Source of the DNA: Deltaproteobacteria bacterium
GTDB taxonomy: Bacteria > JAGRBM01 > JAHCIT01
Reading direction: 5' to 3'
Length of the DNA: 60,526 nucleotides
NCBI GenBank assembly: GCA_026129095.1
Contig: JAHCIT010000001.1
Location: 558,245 to 618,770 of the forward strand
Shown here: piece by piece, positions 27,914-39,502 of the stretch
Layout of the letters: every line of letters starts with the position of its first letter
How positions within the stretch are numbered: position 1 is the stretch's first letter
Made by a program: the position numbers and the translations under genes
Notes under the pieces: model-generated
Told to the model about the DNA's origin: nothing
Database searches by the model: none
What the model saw: only the letters and a program-made list of their open reading frames with translations

Positions 27914-28990
27914 TTACCGGGGTCTGCCCTCAGGAGTTCCGAATTTTGGGCCTTCCACGTAGCTGGCTGGCGATTGTATTTCAGATATGTTTCCAATGTC
28001 CCTTACGTCGAGCTTCATCGACAGGGTTTCCACTGTGGTGCCTTCCGGGTTTGTGGCAAAGCGGGCATTCATCAGAAAATCAAAACCGAGCATCATGCCG
28101 GTAGTGTCATCAATCATGATCTGGGCACCCAGCTCAAGCGATGCCGGATTTAATGCGGCCATATGTGGCGGCAGCTCCCCGGGTTTCCGCTCGACCCTAT
28201 AGCGGGTCACACGACGCTCCAAATACGTGTCCTTTGACTCACGAAACTGGCCCGCCAAACCAAGGCTCACGAGAACCTCCTCCAGTAGTTGCGTGTCCAG
28301 ATACCGCTCTACTCGAATTCTATCATCGGGTGGGTATCGCCACCAGGGAGCGTCAGCAAGCTTCATGAAGAGCCCCTCCCCTGTCCTGATGAATTTCATG
28401 CTTGCACGGGATGGTGTTCCAGTATCCAGCGGCGTCTGGGTGATCACACTATCGAATTCGAAGTCGTCTGCGGCCGCTTTTCTGAGGCGGGACAGTATCT
28501 CGACGGCTACCCGGTCCTGGGGATGAATCCGTTCATTACTGATCCGGAAATCGAGCTGAAATGAAATAAGATTATCAAGATAGGCCAAGGCCCTTCGACC
28601 ATCGAAAGGAAGAAGACCTGGCGGAATTGATTGCCCCGGCCTGCGCTGCTGCTCAATCTCCGGAATCTTGACGGCTGAATCGGCTCCGAGCAGACCCTTC
28701 AAAAGATCACTAGCAAAGGCCGGGCCCGGAGATTTAGGAGGCGTCTTCCCTTCTGATTCCAGTTGTTCAATGGCCTTCTCAAGATTCTGTATGGCCTGCC
28801 GGTCTTCGGGGCTGAATTCCGGCTGCCCAGATGAACCTGCCAGTTCAGTACCGGACGAACCATCCGGTATACCAGCAACTGGTTTTTCTGGGGCCGCTGG
28901 CGGCGATGATTTCCGCTCGCACGCAAATGGAGCCAGTCCCAGCAGCAGGACAGAAACAATACCGGGCAGCTGAGGGATGATCCGTTTCAG
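27914..28990 (-). CDS. Hypothetical lipoprotein (possible LolA/LppX-like fold); probable CTG start
   Basis: The frame stays open 96 codons upstream of the ORF-track start at 28702 and encodes a signal peptide with lipobox PFA-C; CTG at 28990 follows GAGGTG. Confidence 0.7.
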   Translation of the reverse strand: MKRIIPQLPGIVSVLLLGLAPFACERKSSPPAAPEKPVAGIPDGSSGTELAGSSGQPEFSPEDRQAIQNLEKAIEQLESEGKTPPKSPGPAFASDLLKGLLGADSAVKIPEIEQQRRPGQSIPPGLLPFDGRRALAYLDNLISFQLDFRISNERIHPQDRVAVEILSRLRKAAADDFEFDSVITQTPLDTGTPSRASMKFIRTGEGLFMKLADAPWWRYPPDDRIRVERYLDTQLLEEVLVSLGLAGQFRESKDTYLERRVTRYRVERKPGELPPHMAALNPASLELGAQIMIDDTTGMMLGFDFLMNARFATNPEGTTVETLSMKLDVRDIGNISEIQSPASYVEGPKFGTPEGRPR

Positions 28991-29460
28991 GCGAACTTCA
29001 CCTCTAGTATTTCGTATTCGGTTACACCCTTGGCAGTTTTTATTTCCACCGTATCACCCCGGCTACGGCCAATCAGTGCCCGGGCTACTGGCGTACTCAG
29101 GGATATCCGCCCAACAGTATGATCAGACTCCACGTCACCGACGATCGTATAGGTCTTTTTTTCATCCGTATCGACATCAACGAGCTTCACGGTCGCTCCA
29201 AACATGACCTTGTTGCCGGACAGTTTTGAGATATCAATAACTTCCACACGCGCAAGCATGTCCTCGAGCTGGGCGATACGCCCCTCGATAAACCCCTGCC
29301 GCTCACGGGCTGCATGGTATTCTGCGTTTTCCGATAGATCTCCATGCTCGCGGGCCTCGGCTATCGCCCGGATAACAGTTGGCCGTTCTTCGGTCTTGAG
29401 GCGCAGCAACTCCTCGTTCAGTTTTTCGTATCCTGCCGATGTAATCGGTACCCGGTCCAT
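28987..29460 (-). CDS. greA: Transcription elongation factor GreA
   Basis: [23 protein letters not shown] and [13 protein letters not shown] motifs. Confidence 0.97.
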   Translation of the reverse strand: MDRVPITSAGYEKLNEELLRLKTEERPTVIRAIAEAREHGDLSENAEYHAARERQGFIEGRIAQLEDMLARVEVIDISKLSGNKVMFGATVKLVDVDTDEKKTYTIVGDVESDHTVGRISLSTPVARALIGRSRGDTVEIKTAKGVTEYEILEVKFA

Positions 29461-29621
29461 GAAAACCCCCCGCTCCGCCGGTCTTGCCACAGGTATCCCC
29501 AAGAATACCCAGCGGCAGAAAACGCCGCCCGGAAGCATTAGTTCGCGTTGATAGCGTTGTTAGCGGTCCATGCTCATTTGGACGATGAAATTACTCCCGA
29601 AGCCTTCTTCCAGCACCTTAG

Positions 29622-32600
29622 TCAGTCCCGAACGTGCGGGTGATACTCCTGGAGCGACATAACCGATACTGGCTCACACTTAAGAGCCCGAATCGCGGTC
29701 ACCATCGCTGATGCAGCCGCCATGGTCGTGGCGTAGGGGACATTATACACCAAAGCTGTCCGGCGGATAGAGTAGGAATCGGCGATCGATTGAGTACCTG
29801 AACTGGTGTTAATGACGAGTGCCACACGGCCTTTTTCGAGCCAGTCGACAATATGGGGACTCCCCTGAGCCACCTTGCTGACAGTTTCACATGAAACGCC
29901 ATTTCCCTTGAGATATTCAGCAGTTCCATGTGTTGCGATGATGGAAAACCCGTTTTCCACAAGACCCTTCGCCACATCCAGCGCCTCGGCCTTGTCCTCA
30001 TCCCGAACACTGATGAAAGCCAGTCCCGACGAAGGAATGTGTGTTCCAGCAGCGGCCTCGCCCTTCCAGAATGCACGGCCGAAATCCCGGTCGATTCCCA
30101 TCACTTCGCCTGTCGATTTCATTTCCGGGCCAAGCATCGTATCAACACCGGGAAACTTGATGAACGGGAAAACGGACTCTTTAACGGCCACATGGCCAAA
30201 CTCGGTGATTTCTTTCACCCCGAGATCACGAATCGTCCTGCCGGCCATTACCCGAGCGCCCATCTTCGCCCACGGAACACCGGTCGCCTTCGCGACAAAG
30301 GGCACCGTGCGGGATGCCCGGGGATTCACTTCGAGTATATAGATATCTTCTCCCTGTACGGCCCATTGGACATTCATAAGCCCCACAACGCCCAGTTCCA
30401 ATGCCAAGATCCGTGTCAGCCGCTGTATCTCCTCCACGATTTTGGGGTTCAGCCGCATGGGAGGAATTGAACAGGCAGAATCGCCGGAATGCACACCTGC
30501 CTCTTCAATATGTTCCATTACACCGCAGATGACCGCTTCCGTGCGATCGGCCAAGCAGTCTACATCCACTTCGGTAGCGTCGTTCAGAAACCGGTCGATC
30601 AGTACCGGATGGTCCGGAGAAGCTATCACGGCCCGTTCCATGTAGCTGAGAAGCGCCGCCTGGTCGTGGCATATCTCCATCGCCCGGCCACCCAGTACGT
30701 AGGATGGCCGCACCACCACCGGATAGCCAATCCGGCGAGCCGCCTGGAGCGCTTCCTCGGCACTGCGGGCGATGCCGTTCGGGGGCTGACGTATCTTCAG
30801 CTTGTCGACAAGTTTGGCGAACCGCTCACGGTCCTCAGCCATATCTATTACATCGGGTGGCGTACCAATGATCGGAACTCCCGCGTTACCAAGGGCTACA
30901 GACAGCTTGAGTGGCGTCTGGCCCCCGAACTGGACTATCACGCCCCAGGGCCTTTCCACGTTGACTATTTCAAGCACGTCCTCAAGCGTCAGCGGCTCAA
31001 AATACAACCGGTCAGATGTGTCATAATCGGTTGAAACAGTCTCCGGGTTGCAGTTGATCATGATGGTCTCAAATCCGTCTTCACGTAACGCCATTGCCGC
31101 ATGGACGCAGCAGTAGTCGAATTCAATTCCCTGCCCAATCCGGTTTGGCCCACCGCCCAGAATCATCACCTTCTTCTTTCCTGTCGGCTGGGATTCGCAC
31201 TCCTGCTCGTAAGTCGAATAGAGATAGGGGGTCTTTGCCTCGAACTCCGCAGCGCAGGTATCTACCCGCTTGTAAACCGGCCGGATGCCGTCGGCATGGC
31301 GGGCTTCACGGATTTCGGCTTCGGTATAGCCCGTAAGCTTTCCAAGACGCCGGTCAGAAAACCCCATTTGCTTCAGCCGGCGGAGATCCCGGCCCCTAGG
31401 CAGGCTTCCCGACATAAGCTGTTTTTCAGTCTCGACAATCTCCCGGATGTTACGCAGAAACCACGGGTCAATCCTGGTGAGCTGATAAAGCTGATCATCA
31501 CTGAGACCTTGCCGGATTGCCTCGGCCAAATACCACAGGCGATCGGCTCCCGGAATTCGAAGCTTTTCCTCCAGCAATGCACGATTCAGCGCACCGCTCG
31601 GAACCTCAAAACCGTAACGATCGATCTCCAGTGACCGGAGCGCCTTTTGCAGACTTTCCTTGAAGGTCCGGCCAATGGCCATCACCTCCCCCACCGATTT
31701 CATTTGGGTTGTAAGCGTGGCATCGGCAGCCGGGAATTTCTCGAACGTAAACCGTGGGACCTTGGTGACCACATAGTCGATCGTTGGCTCGAATGAGGCA
31801 GGTGTCACCTTCGTAATGTCATTGGGAATCTCGTCCAGCGAGTAACCCACAGCCAGCTTGGCCGCGATCTTTGCTATAGGGAACCCCGTCGCCTTTGAAG
31901 CAAGCGCCGAGGAGCGCGACACGCGGGGGTTCATCTCTACTACCACCAGGCGGCCCGTGCGGGGGTCAACAGCAAACTGGACATTTGATCCACCAGTGTC
32001 GACGCCTACCTCGCGAATAATGGCGAGCGCGGCATCACGCATGATCTGGTATTCCTTGTCGGTCAGCGTTTGTGCCGGAGCAATGGTAATCGAATCCCCA
32101 GTATGAACGCCCATCGGATCCAGATTTTCAATCGAACAGATGATGACGACGTTATCCTTCGTGTCACGCATTACCTCCAGTTCGTATTCCTTCCAGCCGA
32201 GTACACTTTCCTCGACCAGCGTTTCCGATACTGGCGACATGCGAAGGGCCGTTTCGAGCTTCTCCTGATACTCCTGTGCCGAATAGACGATACCGCCTCC
32301 CGATCCGCCCATTGTAAAGGCAGGCCGAAGGATCAGCGGGAACCCCAGCTCCGCAGCCGCTTTCATCCCCTCCTCGACGGTGCGCACCACATGACTTCGC
32401 GGCAAGTCCAAGCCGATCCGGATCATGGCATCCTTGAATAGCTGGCGATCTTCGGCAGTCTCGATCGCTTTCAGGTTTGCGCCAATAAGCTCGCATTTGT
32501 ATTTTTCCAGAACTCCACGCTTCGCTACAGCGACAGCAGCATTCAGGGCTGTCTGGCCACCGACAGTGGGTAGCAGCGCGTCAGGACGTTCACGCGCAAT

Positions 32601-32831
32601 AATCTGCTCTATTATTTCCGGAGTGATCGGCTCGATATAGGTCCGCTGGGCCATTTCCGGATCGGTCATGATCGTGGCCGGATTCGAATTGACGAGAACA
32701 ACTTCATACCCTTCTTCGCGTAGCGCCTTACATGCCTGGGTGCCCGAGTAGTCGAACTCACAAGCCTGGCCGATCACGATGGGACCAGACCCGATCAGCA
32801 TGATCTTCTTGATATCAGTACGCTTGGGCAT
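29622..32831 (-). CDS. carB: Carbamoyl-phosphate synthase large subunit
   Basis: [24 protein letters not shown]; duplicated ATP-grasp domains; C-terminal MGS domain. Confidence 0.99.
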   Translation of the reverse strand: MPKRTDIKKIMLIGSGPIVIGQACEFDYSGTQACKALREEGYEVVLVNSNPATIMTDPEMAQRTYIEPITPEIIEQIIARERPDALLPTVGGQTALNAAVAVAKRGVLEKYKCELIGANLKAIETAEDRQLFKDAMIRIGLDLPRSHVVRTVEEGMKAAAELGFPLILRPAFTMGGSGGGIVYSAQEYQEKLETALRMSPVSETLVEESVLGWKEYELEVMRDTKDNVVIICSIENLDPMGVHTGDSITIAPAQTLTDKEYQIMRDAALAIIREVGVDTGGSNVQFAVDPRTGRLVVVEMNPRVSRSSALASKATGFPIAKIAAKLAVGYSLDEIPNDITKVTPASFEPTIDYVVTKVPRFTFEKFPAADATLTTQMKSVGEVMAIGRTFKESLQKALRSLEIDRYGFEVPSGALNRALLEEKLRIPGADRLWYLAEAIRQGLSDDQLYQLTRIDPWFLRNIREIVETEKQLMSGSLPRGRDLRRLKQMGFSDRRLGKLTGYTEAEIREARHADGIRPVYKRVDTCAAEFEAKTPYLYSTYEQECESQPTGKKKVMILGGGPNRIGQGIEFDYCCVHAAMALREDGFETIMINCNPETVSTDYDTSDRLYFEPLTLEDVLEIVNVERPWGVIVQFGGQTPLKLSVALGNAGVPIIGTPPDVIDMAEDRERFAKLVDKLKIRQPPNGIARSAEEALQAARRIGYPVVVRPSYVLGGRAMEICHDQAALLSYMERAVIASPDHPVLIDRFLNDATEVDVDCLADRTEAVICGVMEHIEEAGVHSGDSACSIPPMRLNPKIVEEIQRLTRILALELGVVGLMNVQWAVQGEDIYILEVNPRASRTVPFVAKATGVPWAKMGARVMAGRTIRDLGVKEITEFGHVAVKESVFPFIKFPGVDTMLGPEMKSTGEVMGIDRDFGRAFWKGEAAAGTHIPSSGLAFISVRDEDKAEALDVAKGLVENGFSIIATHGTAEYLKGNGVSCETVSKVAQGSPHIVDWLEKGRVALVINTSSGTQSIADSYSIRRTALVYNVPYATTMAAASAMVTAIRALKCEPVSVMSLQEYHPHVRD

Positions 32832-32868
32832 ATTTCTTCGGGCTCCTCAATATCGTCCAGTGAATGCT

Positions 32869-33543
32869 TCAGGCCACTAGCCTTGAAAGTCCTTCGCGGT
32901 AAATCACTTCCGGAGACAGCTTGCGGTACCGGGCCGCACGGACCCACATCCGCTCCAGTGCCAGCCGGAGTGGATCGAAACGGTCGCGGGCCAGTCCATC
33001 AGTACGCTTTTCCTTTTTGGCAGCCTTCAGCTCCCGTTTACGGATTTTTTTCACCGTATTTAGAACCAGCTCACGGGTTTCTGGCGTATGGATGAAAACT
33101 CCGCCGAGCATCACTACCTCACCATTCCAGGTGGCAACTATCGCCTGGAGTACGTCTCCCTTTTCCAGGCGTGGAACATTCAGTAGCGGTATCTTGAAGG
33201 AGGTTTCGTGCCAGATATCCTCCATCTCGACTGCTTCGTTTTTCAGTTTCTTCACTAGCCAGACCGACCGTCTGATATTGTCAATTCCCTTCCAGGGTGC
33301 ATCCGGTGGAGCATTCTCGACTGCCCGGTCGTAGAGCGTACGGCCATCACCATCACGCTGGCAGAAGATCAAATCTTCAAGAAAAAGATTCAGCCACTGG
33401 TCGAATCCGGGCTCGTCATCGTGCATCTCACCAATGGTTTGGGAGAACGATTTTCGGGCATCAGCCACCCCCTGCGTTCCGAGCCTCTCGGTAAGCAGTG
33501 CGGCAAGTGCCTCATGGGCCTGCTGGAAAGCCTCGACTGTCAC
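32869..33543 (-). CDS. Hypothetical protein between carA and carB
   Basis: 224-aa ORF with a GTGA overlap with the carA stop. Confidence 0.75.
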   Translation of the reverse strand: MTVEAFQQAHEALAALLTERLGTQGVADARKSFSQTIGEMHDDEPGFDQWLNLFLEDLIFCQRDGDGRTLYDRAVENAPPDAPWKGIDNIRRSVWLVKKLKNEAVEMEDIWHETSFKIPLLNVPRLEKGDVLQAIVATWNGEVVMLGGVFIHTPETRELVLNTVKKIRKRELKAAKKEKRTDGLARDRFDPLRLALERMWVRAARYRKLSPEVIYREGLSRLVA

Positions 33544-34661
33544 TGGCGTTCGATCAGTTTCCGGAACCGCCCGAACAGGTAGTTCGCATCATGCGGTCCG
33601 GGAGATGCCTCCGGATGATACTGGACACAAAAAACCGGCAGAGACACATGCTCAAGTCCCTCGACGGTCTGGTCATTCAGGTTGACGTGCGAGATCCGGA
33701 AGCCCTTGTCCAGAACAGACTCCTCCTTCACTGCAAAGCCATGATTCTGCGAGGTAATCTCTACCTTGCGGGTGTATAGATCCATTACCGGCTGATTCCC
33801 CCCCCGATGCCCGAACTTGAGTTTGTAGGTAGAGCCGCCCACCGAAAGAGCCAGCATCTGGTGGCCAAGGCAAATACCAAAAATTGGCACTTTTCCAAGA
33901 AGTGACGAAACCGTTTCATATGCATACGGCACAGCCTCAGGATCGCCGGGACCATTCGACAGGAAAATACCATCTGGCTTCAAAGCTAGTGCTTCGGCAG
34001 CCTGCGTCGCAGCGGGGACGACCGTTACCCGCATGCCGGAATCGACCATACCGCGCAGGATGTTGCGCTTGATACCGAAGTCATAGGCCACCACGTGAAA
34101 GTCTGTCCTGACATTCTTGAACCCCTCGCCACGGACCCAGGATCCCTCCTTCCATTCGTAGCGGCTTGTGCAGGTGACATCCTTTACCAGATCCCGGCCC
34201 ACAAGTGGCGGTGCAGCCTTGGCCTTGGCAACCAGTGATTCCCGGCTGCTGTCGATGGTTGAAATCAGACCCATTTGGGCGCCGACAGTCCGGATATGCT
34301 TGACCAGCGCACGTGTGTCGATTCCGCTTATTCCCACTACCCCTGCCTGCTCCAGAAATGAGCCCAGCGTATTTCGTGCGCGGAAATTTGATGGCTGCTC
34401 GTAATATTCCTTCACAATGAATCCGCTGCACTGGACCCGGTCCGATTCCATGTCCTCGGGGTTGACGCCTACATTGCCGATCTGCGGGCAGGTCATGGCA
34501 ATGATCTGTCCACGGTAAGACGGATCAGTCAGGATTTCCTGGTAACCCGACAGTGAGGTATTAAAAACGACCTCTCCGAAAGACTCCCCGGTAGCGCCAA
34601 ACTGCTCGCCTTCGAAAAAAGTTCCATCGGCCAGCGCCAGATATGCAGCCCCCCGTTTCAT
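33540..34661 (-). CDS. carA: Carbamoyl-phosphate synthase small subunit
   Basis: [29 protein letters not shown] and [10 protein letters not shown] motifs; ATGA overlap with pyrC. Confidence 0.98.
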   Translation of the reverse strand: MKRGAAYLALADGTFFEGEQFGATGESFGEVVFNTSLSGYQEILTDPSYRGQIIAMTCPQIGNVGVNPEDMESDRVQCSGFIVKEYYEQPSNFRARNTLGSFLEQAGVVGISGIDTRALVKHIRTVGAQMGLISTIDSSRESLVAKAKAAPPLVGRDLVKDVTCTSRYEWKEGSWVRGEGFKNVRTDFHVVAYDFGIKRNILRGMVDSGMRVTVVPAATQAAEALALKPDGIFLSNGPGDPEAVPYAYETVSSLLGKVPIFGICLGHQMLALSVGGSTYKLKFGHRGGNQPVMDLYTRKVEITSQNHGFAVKEESVLDKGFRISHVNLNDQTVEGLEHVSLPVFCVQYHPEASPGPHDANYLFGRFRKLIERQ

Positions 34662-35947
34662 GGCTGCCATACCTTGCGTCCTCCCCGGTAAAGTCCTTTC
34701 ACTCGACCTCTCACCTCCCACCCGTCGAACGGGCAGTTACGGCTCTTCGACTGGAATGTCCCCGCGTCAATGCGATACCGCTCCTCTGGGTCGAGAATTA
34801 CGACATCAGCAACAGCTCCCTTACGAAGGGTGCCGCAATCCAGACCCAGTGCGCGAGCCGGACCGACAGTAAACAGTTCGACCAGGCGGCTCAGCTTAAG
34901 CTCGTTCTCATGGACCAGCTTCATCATTACAGGAAAAGCGGTTTCGAGTCCGATCACGCCTGGTGGTGCAAGATCAAAATCCCGCGCCTTTTCATCCAGC
35001 GAGTGCGGTGCATGGTCGGTAGCAATGCAGTCGATCGTTCCATCACGGATTGCCTCACGCAACGCTGCCTGATCAAGCATTGTCCTGAGCGGCGGATTCA
35101 TCTTGGCATTGGTGTTGTATCCGACAACGGCCCGTTCATCGAGCACGAGATTGTGCGGTGTCACTTCAGCTGTCACCCTTACGCCCCGCTCCTTGGCCTC
35201 CCGGATTATTTTCACAGCCTGGGCAGTGGTTACATGGGCCACATGCAGCCGTGCACCTGTCAGACCGGCCAGCATGGTGTCCCGGAAAGTTATGATATTT
35301 TCACCGACAGCCGGCCGGCCCCGGATTCCGAGTCGAGTGGAGAGTGCCCCCTCATTCATCGACCCTTCGCCGCACAGGCATTCGTCTTCGGCATGGGTAA
35401 TGACCGGAATGTCGAACCCGCGTGCGTACTCCAGAGCCCGGCGGAACAGATCTGCATCCATCACGCAGCGGCCGTCGTCGGAAACAGCCACGGCACCTGC
35501 TGCCACCATTGAACCAATCTCGGCCAGCCGCTTGCCCTCAAGACCCACCGTTACCGCACCGATCGGTTTCACATCCACCAATCCGACCAGCCGTGCCCGA
35601 TCCTGGATGTAACGGGTGATACTCACGCTGTCGTTGACTGGCCGCGTATTGGCCATGCAGCAGACTGTTCCAAAGCCGCCAGCAGCAGCAGCCCGCGATC
35701 CGCTTTCGATATCTTCCTTGTATTCCTGTCCAGGATCACGGAAGTGGACATGAACATCCACAAACGCCGGGGCGACAACAAATCCGGAAAGATCGTCGAG
35801 CTCATAGCCCGGCGGGCTTTTCCCCAGGCCCCCTTGAACAATATCCCTTACACGGCCGTCTTCGATCAGAATGTCTGCCGGGCCATCAATCCCCTGGCTT
35901 GGATCCACAAGCCGCGCATTTTTAAGGTGAAGTGGTGCCAGCGCCAT
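34658..35947 (-). CDS. pyrC: Dihydroorotase (type I)
   Basis: [21 protein letters not shown] and ATDHAPH motifs. Confidence 0.97.
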   Translation of the reverse strand: MALAPLHLKNARLVDPSQGIDGPADILIEDGRVRDIVQGGLGKSPPGYELDDLSGFVVAPAFVDVHVHFRDPGQEYKEDIESGSRAAAAGGFGTVCCMANTRPVNDSVSITRYIQDRARLVGLVDVKPIGAVTVGLEGKRLAEIGSMVAAGAVAVSDDGRCVMDADLFRRALEYARGFDIPVITHAEDECLCGEGSMNEGALSTRLGIRGRPAVGENIITFRDTMLAGLTGARLHVAHVTTAQAVKIIREAKERGVRVTAEVTPHNLVLDERAVVGYNTNAKMNPPLRTMLDQAALREAIRDGTIDCIATDHAPHSLDEKARDFDLAPPGVIGLETAFPVMMKLVHENELKLSRLVELFTVGPARALGLDCGTLRKGAVADVVILDPEERYRIDAGTFQSKSRNCPFDGWEVRGRVKGLYRGGRKVWQP

Positions 35948-35949
35948 AT

Positions 35950-36903
35950 TCAGGCTCCCACCCGGATTGCATCCGGCCCCCGGTTCAGAAGGTACAAAAC
36001 GGCCATTCGGGTCGCGACGCCATTTTCCACCTGCGGCAGAACAACCGAACTTTTGCCGTCCACCACATCGGAGCTGATTTCAAGCCCCCGGTTAACCGGT
36101 CCGGGATGCATCACAATGGTGTCTTTCCGGGCCATCGCCAGCCGCTTGCTGTTCAGACAGTAAAATCGTGCATACTCGCCTTCACTCGGGAAAAGCGAAC
36201 GCCCAATCCGCTCCAGCTGGATACGGAGCATCATCACGACATCCGCTTTCGGAAGGGCCTCATCCAGCCGGTTGTAAACCTCGACTGGATATTCAGCATC
36301 GCTGCCGATACCAGCCGGGATCAGTGTGCCGGGTCCAGCCACCATGACCTTGGCCCCCAGCTTATTCAGGCCATAGATATTAGACCGGGCCACGCGGGAG
36401 TGGGCAATGTCTCCCACAATCAGGACATTCAATCCATCGAACCGGCCGAACCGTTCGCGGATTGTCATGATATCCAGAAGTGACTGGGTTGGGTGCTCAT
36501 GCCAGCCGTCACCGGCATTTACGACGCTGGCATCCACCATACGGGCCAGCCGTTCGGCGGCCCCCGACTGCGGATGGCGGAGCACCACATAATCCACCTG
36601 CATCGCTTCGAGATTCCTGACCGTGTCGAGCAGGGTTTCTCCCTTGGTGAGTGAAGAAGCGTCGGCTGATACGGTAATGGTATCGGCCGAAAGCCGCTTG
36701 GCAGCCAGATCAAAACTGGTGCGGGTACGGGTTGAGGCCTCAAGAAACAGCGTTACGACAGTCTTTCCCTGAAGCGGAGGCACCCTTTTCCGGTCACGGC
36801 GGAGAATCTGCTTCATCGAATCAGCCGTATCGAGGATCATGATGATCTCCTCGGCCGAGAGTGAATCAATTGAAACGAGATCCTTGCGCTGGAAGCCCTT
36901 CAC
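35950..36903 (-). CDS. pyrB: Aspartate carbamoyltransferase catalytic subunit
   Basis: STRTRTSF, NAGDGWHEHPTQ, LRIQLER and MHPGPVNRG motifs. Confidence 0.98.
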   Translation of the reverse strand: MKGFQRKDLVSIDSLSAEEIIMILDTADSMKQILRRDRKRVPPLQGKTVVTLFLEASTRTRTSFDLAAKRLSADTITVSADASSLTKGETLLDTVRNLEAMQVDYVVLRHPQSGAAERLARMVDASVVNAGDGWHEHPTQSLLDIMTIRERFGRFDGLNVLIVGDIAHSRVARSNIYGLNKLGAKVMVAGPGTLIPAGIGSDAEYPVEVYNRLDEALPKADVVMMLRIQLERIGRSLFPSEGEYARFYCLNSKRLAMARKDTIVMHPGPVNRGLEISSDVVDGKSSVVLPQVENGVATRMAVLYLLNRGPDAIRVGA

Positions 36904-37463
36904 TCGCGGACCTCCCGGCTCACCAGATCAAGCTGGTCAATGCCCTCTTCTTCCTTGAGAGAAAGCTTAACAGTCTCATCCTTGCGGGTAGGCTGATTGC
37001 GGCCAACATAGTCAGGCCGAATGGGCAGTTCCCGGTGTCCCCGGTCGACCAGAACAGCCAATTCAATCCGCCGCGGACGGCCAAGATCGGTAATTGCTCC
37101 CAGTGCAGCTCGCACCGTGCGGCCGGTGAACAGTACGTCGTCTACCAGTACGATCCTGTACCCTGATACATCAAAATCGACCTGTGTTGCGTTCAGGACA
37201 CGCCGGTCGCTGAGAGTATCCAGATCGTCACGGTACAGGGTGATATCCAGTTCACCTACCGGCACCGGTGTCTTGGCAGCGGTAATCTCCGTGGCGAGTT
37301 TCGCCAGACGGGCGGCCAGATGAACACCACGTGTACGGATTCCAATAAAGGCGAGTGGTGCTTCGTCCGCCTGCTCGACGATCTCGTGGGCGATGCGAGT
37401 AAGCGCCCGCCGGATACCAGCTTCATCCAGCAAAAGTGTCCGTGTTTCCCGTGCCTGTGTCAC
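36900..37463 (-). CDS. pyrR: Pyrimidine attenuation regulator / UPRTase PyrR
   Basis: RIAHEIVE, GIRTRG, DITLYRDD, VDDVLFTGRT and DRGHRELPIRPDYVG motifs. Confidence 0.98.
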   Translation of the reverse strand: MTQARETRTLLLDEAGIRRALTRIAHEIVEQADEAPLAFIGIRTRGVHLAARLAKLATEITAAKTPVPVGELDITLYRDDLDTLSDRRVLNATQVDFDVSGYRIVLVDDVLFTGRTVRAALGAITDLGRPRRIELAVLVDRGHRELPIRPDYVGRNQPTRKDETVKLSLKEEEGIDQLDLVSREVRE

Positions 37464-37490
37464 AAACGGAATCCTTCCATGATAGCAGGC

Positions 37491-37521
37491 AAAAAAAAGC
37501 CGGCTTGCGGGAGCAGCCGGG
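37491..37521 (-). terminator. Attenuator terminator in the pyrR leader
   Basis: Minus strand CCGGCT-GCTCCCGCA-AGCCGG-C-TTTTTTTT. Confidence 0.85.
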
Positions 37522-37558
37522 GCGGCAAGTGGCGGTCAATGTGCTTCAATTTCGTAGA

Positions 37559-37591
37559 ACCTTCCCGGCCTCTCTGGACCGCGTTAAAGAG
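37559..37591 (-). ncRNA. PyrR-binding RNA (anti-antiterminator)
   Basis: Minus strand CTTTAA-CGC-GGTCCAGAGAGGCC-GGGAAGG matches the PyrR binding-loop consensus. Confidence 0.9.
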
Positions 37592-37670
37592 TTCAACCGC
37601 GAGAAGGTATAGAGACACGGGGGCCCCGAGGTCAACCAGCCGGGTAGAATTATCACAGAATGTTGCAGGA

Positions 37671-37991
37671 TCAGGGTTTTCTGGTGGCTTCGGCTACCCA
37701 AGCGATATACTTCGGAGAAACCGACGAAGGCTCCAGTTCGACGATTTCCGGGAGTTCATAGGGATGAAGCGCTTCGAGTTGTGACTTCAGAGTATCCACC
37801 CGGTCAGCGAGCGTCTTTATCACAAGCAGCCATTCAGGTTCCTTTTCCACCCTGTCCTTCCAGCGGTAGACCGAGAAGGCGGCCGGCACGACGCTGACAC
37901 AAGCAGCAAGTTTTTCCGCCACGAGTGTTTCCGCCAGTTTGCCAGCGGCCGCTTCACTGCCAACCGTAGTAAGAACAATGCGAAGGTCCAT
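37671..37991 (-). CDS. cutA: Divalent-cation tolerance protein CutA
   Basis: LVAEKLAACV, SVYRWKD and HPYELPEI motifs. Confidence 0.95.
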   Translation of the reverse strand: MDLRIVLTTVGSEAAAGKLAETLVAEKLAACVSVVPAAFSVYRWKDRVEKEPEWLLVIKTLADRVDTLKSQLEALHPYELPEIVELEPSSVSPKYIAWVAEATRKP

Positions 37992-38018
37992 CTGCTTCCA
38001 CTCCGGAAACTGCCATCA

Positions 38019-39491
38019 TCAAGGCTGCCAGGCCGGACTACCGCCCGGCGCCCAGGTTTCCTGGCTCCCTTCGACCAGGATAGCATTATGACGGAAATAA
38101 ATACCCCGGGCGGGGATTCGGAGCTCAATCACATGAGAACCCGGCTCCAGCTCGATGGTTTGTGATCCAGCAACTGTGCCGACAAACTTCCCCGACACAT
38201 AGAGTTCTGCCAGTTCCGGAGCGACGACTTCGACAACGGCTGGTTTTCGGGGTACCGGCATTACCGGTGGCAGGATTTTCAGCTGCTCTCCTCCCATTAC
38301 AGTCCCAACATCTCCTGAGCCGGGTTCCCGGCTTTCTGTTTCCCACGGCGCGTACCAGAGAAAATTTTCGTGAGACCAGGCGAGAATCGCGGAAACAACG
38401 ATCGTCACCAGAACAAGCGCACTCCGGAAACTCCGGGATTTTTCCTCGCGCCGATCCGTCTCATACCTCGGTGAGGTCATTACTGGCGTCGCTTCACCCC
38501 ACAATAACGGCAGTGACTCCAGGCCTTCTGTTACCGGCCGAACCGCTTCTTCAGCCGCCTGGATGTCATGGATTCGGTCTTTCCATAGCGCCGTTACATC
38601 AGCGCCAGACTGTGCGGCTGGCCATGCTCTCTCCAGCCCGTCAAGAAATGACCGCGGCACCGGAGGCCTCATATCCGGAGAAGCCGCCAGCAATGTTTCA
38701 AAGAAAACACGGCCGGGGAGTTCTGGCGGCAGGGGTGGAGGCCCCTTGCGATCACGAAGTGCGGATAGCTGCCTGGCAGTGTCAGGCTCGAACCCCGGGA
38801 CATTACCGGTAACGAGTTCAACTGCTATCAGTCCTAACGCGTAAAGATCGCCTGTGGGTCCAAATGCTTCACCTCGGACCACTTCTGGTGGCAGGTAGGC
38901 AAGACGCCCCTTGAGGACGCCTGTCTCCGTGGCAAGCCGTGAATCTGAACTTTTGGCGATTCCAAAATCGACGACATGAACCCGGCCATTTTCATCAATG
39001 ACAATGTTTTCCGGTGAAAGGTCACGGTGATAGAGCGGTGCAGCGCGACCGCTTTCATCTTCAAGCCCAGACAGGTAGTCCAGAACACCAGCTACTTCCC
39101 GGATTAGTCCGAATACTTCCGGCAGGGAAAACGGCCGTGCCTTCCCTCCCTCCACCTGGCGTATCAGTGCCCGCAGGGATACCCCCCGCACCCATTCCAT
39201 TACGATCACCGGCGGTTCCAGGCTGTCCAGGAGTCCGTAAACGACAGGAATAGCGGGATGGCGGAGCCTCCCAGCGAGCCTGGCTTCTTCGATAAACAGG
39301 GCGCGATGGGTGGAATCCTTCGCCAGGGCTGGCAGAAGCCGTTTGAGCACAACCGGACGCGTCAGGGAACCGGACAACTGCTCGGCAAGGAACAGCTCCG
39401 ACATACCGCCGACGCTCAGGCGCCGCACCAGCCGGTAACGGACCCGATCGCCAATTTCGACCATCATTTCTTGATTCCAGCCGGAGGCCAC
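38019..39491 (-). CDS. Hanks-type Ser/Thr protein kinase with one TM helix and a PEGA-like C-terminal domain
   Basis: GGMSELF, VVLKRL, HRDLSPEN, DFGIAK and YLPPE motifs. Confidence 0.92.
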   Translation of the reverse strand: MASGWNQEMMVEIGDRVRYRLVRRLSVGGMSELFLAEQLSGSLTRPVVLKRLLPALAKDSTHRALFIEEARLAGRLRHPAIPVVYGLLDSLEPPVIVMEWVRGVSLRALIRQVEGGKARPFSLPEVFGLIREVAGVLDYLSGLEDESGRAAPLYHRDLSPENIVIDENGRVHVVDFGIAKSSDSRLATETGVLKGRLAYLPPEVVRGEAFGPTGDLYALGLIAVELVTGNVPGFEPDTARQLSALRDRKGPPPLPPELPGRVFFETLLAASPDMRPPVPRSFLDGLERAWPAAQSGADVTALWKDRIHDIQAAEEAVRPVTEGLESLPLLWGEATPVMTSPRYETDRREEKSRSFRSALVLVTIVVSAILAWSHENFLWYAPWETESREPGSGDVGTVMGGEQLKILPPVMPVPRKPAVVEVVAPELAELYVSGKFVGTVAGSQTIELEPGSHVIELRIPARGIYFRHNAILVEGSQETWAPGGSPAWQP

Positions 39492-39502
39492 ATCCGTCGG
39501 CC

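Noticed and set aside
28699-28959. Separate 86-aa ORF or frameshifted pseudogene upstream of 27914-28702
   Set aside because: The region is explained by the uninterrupted in-frame extension to CTG 28990
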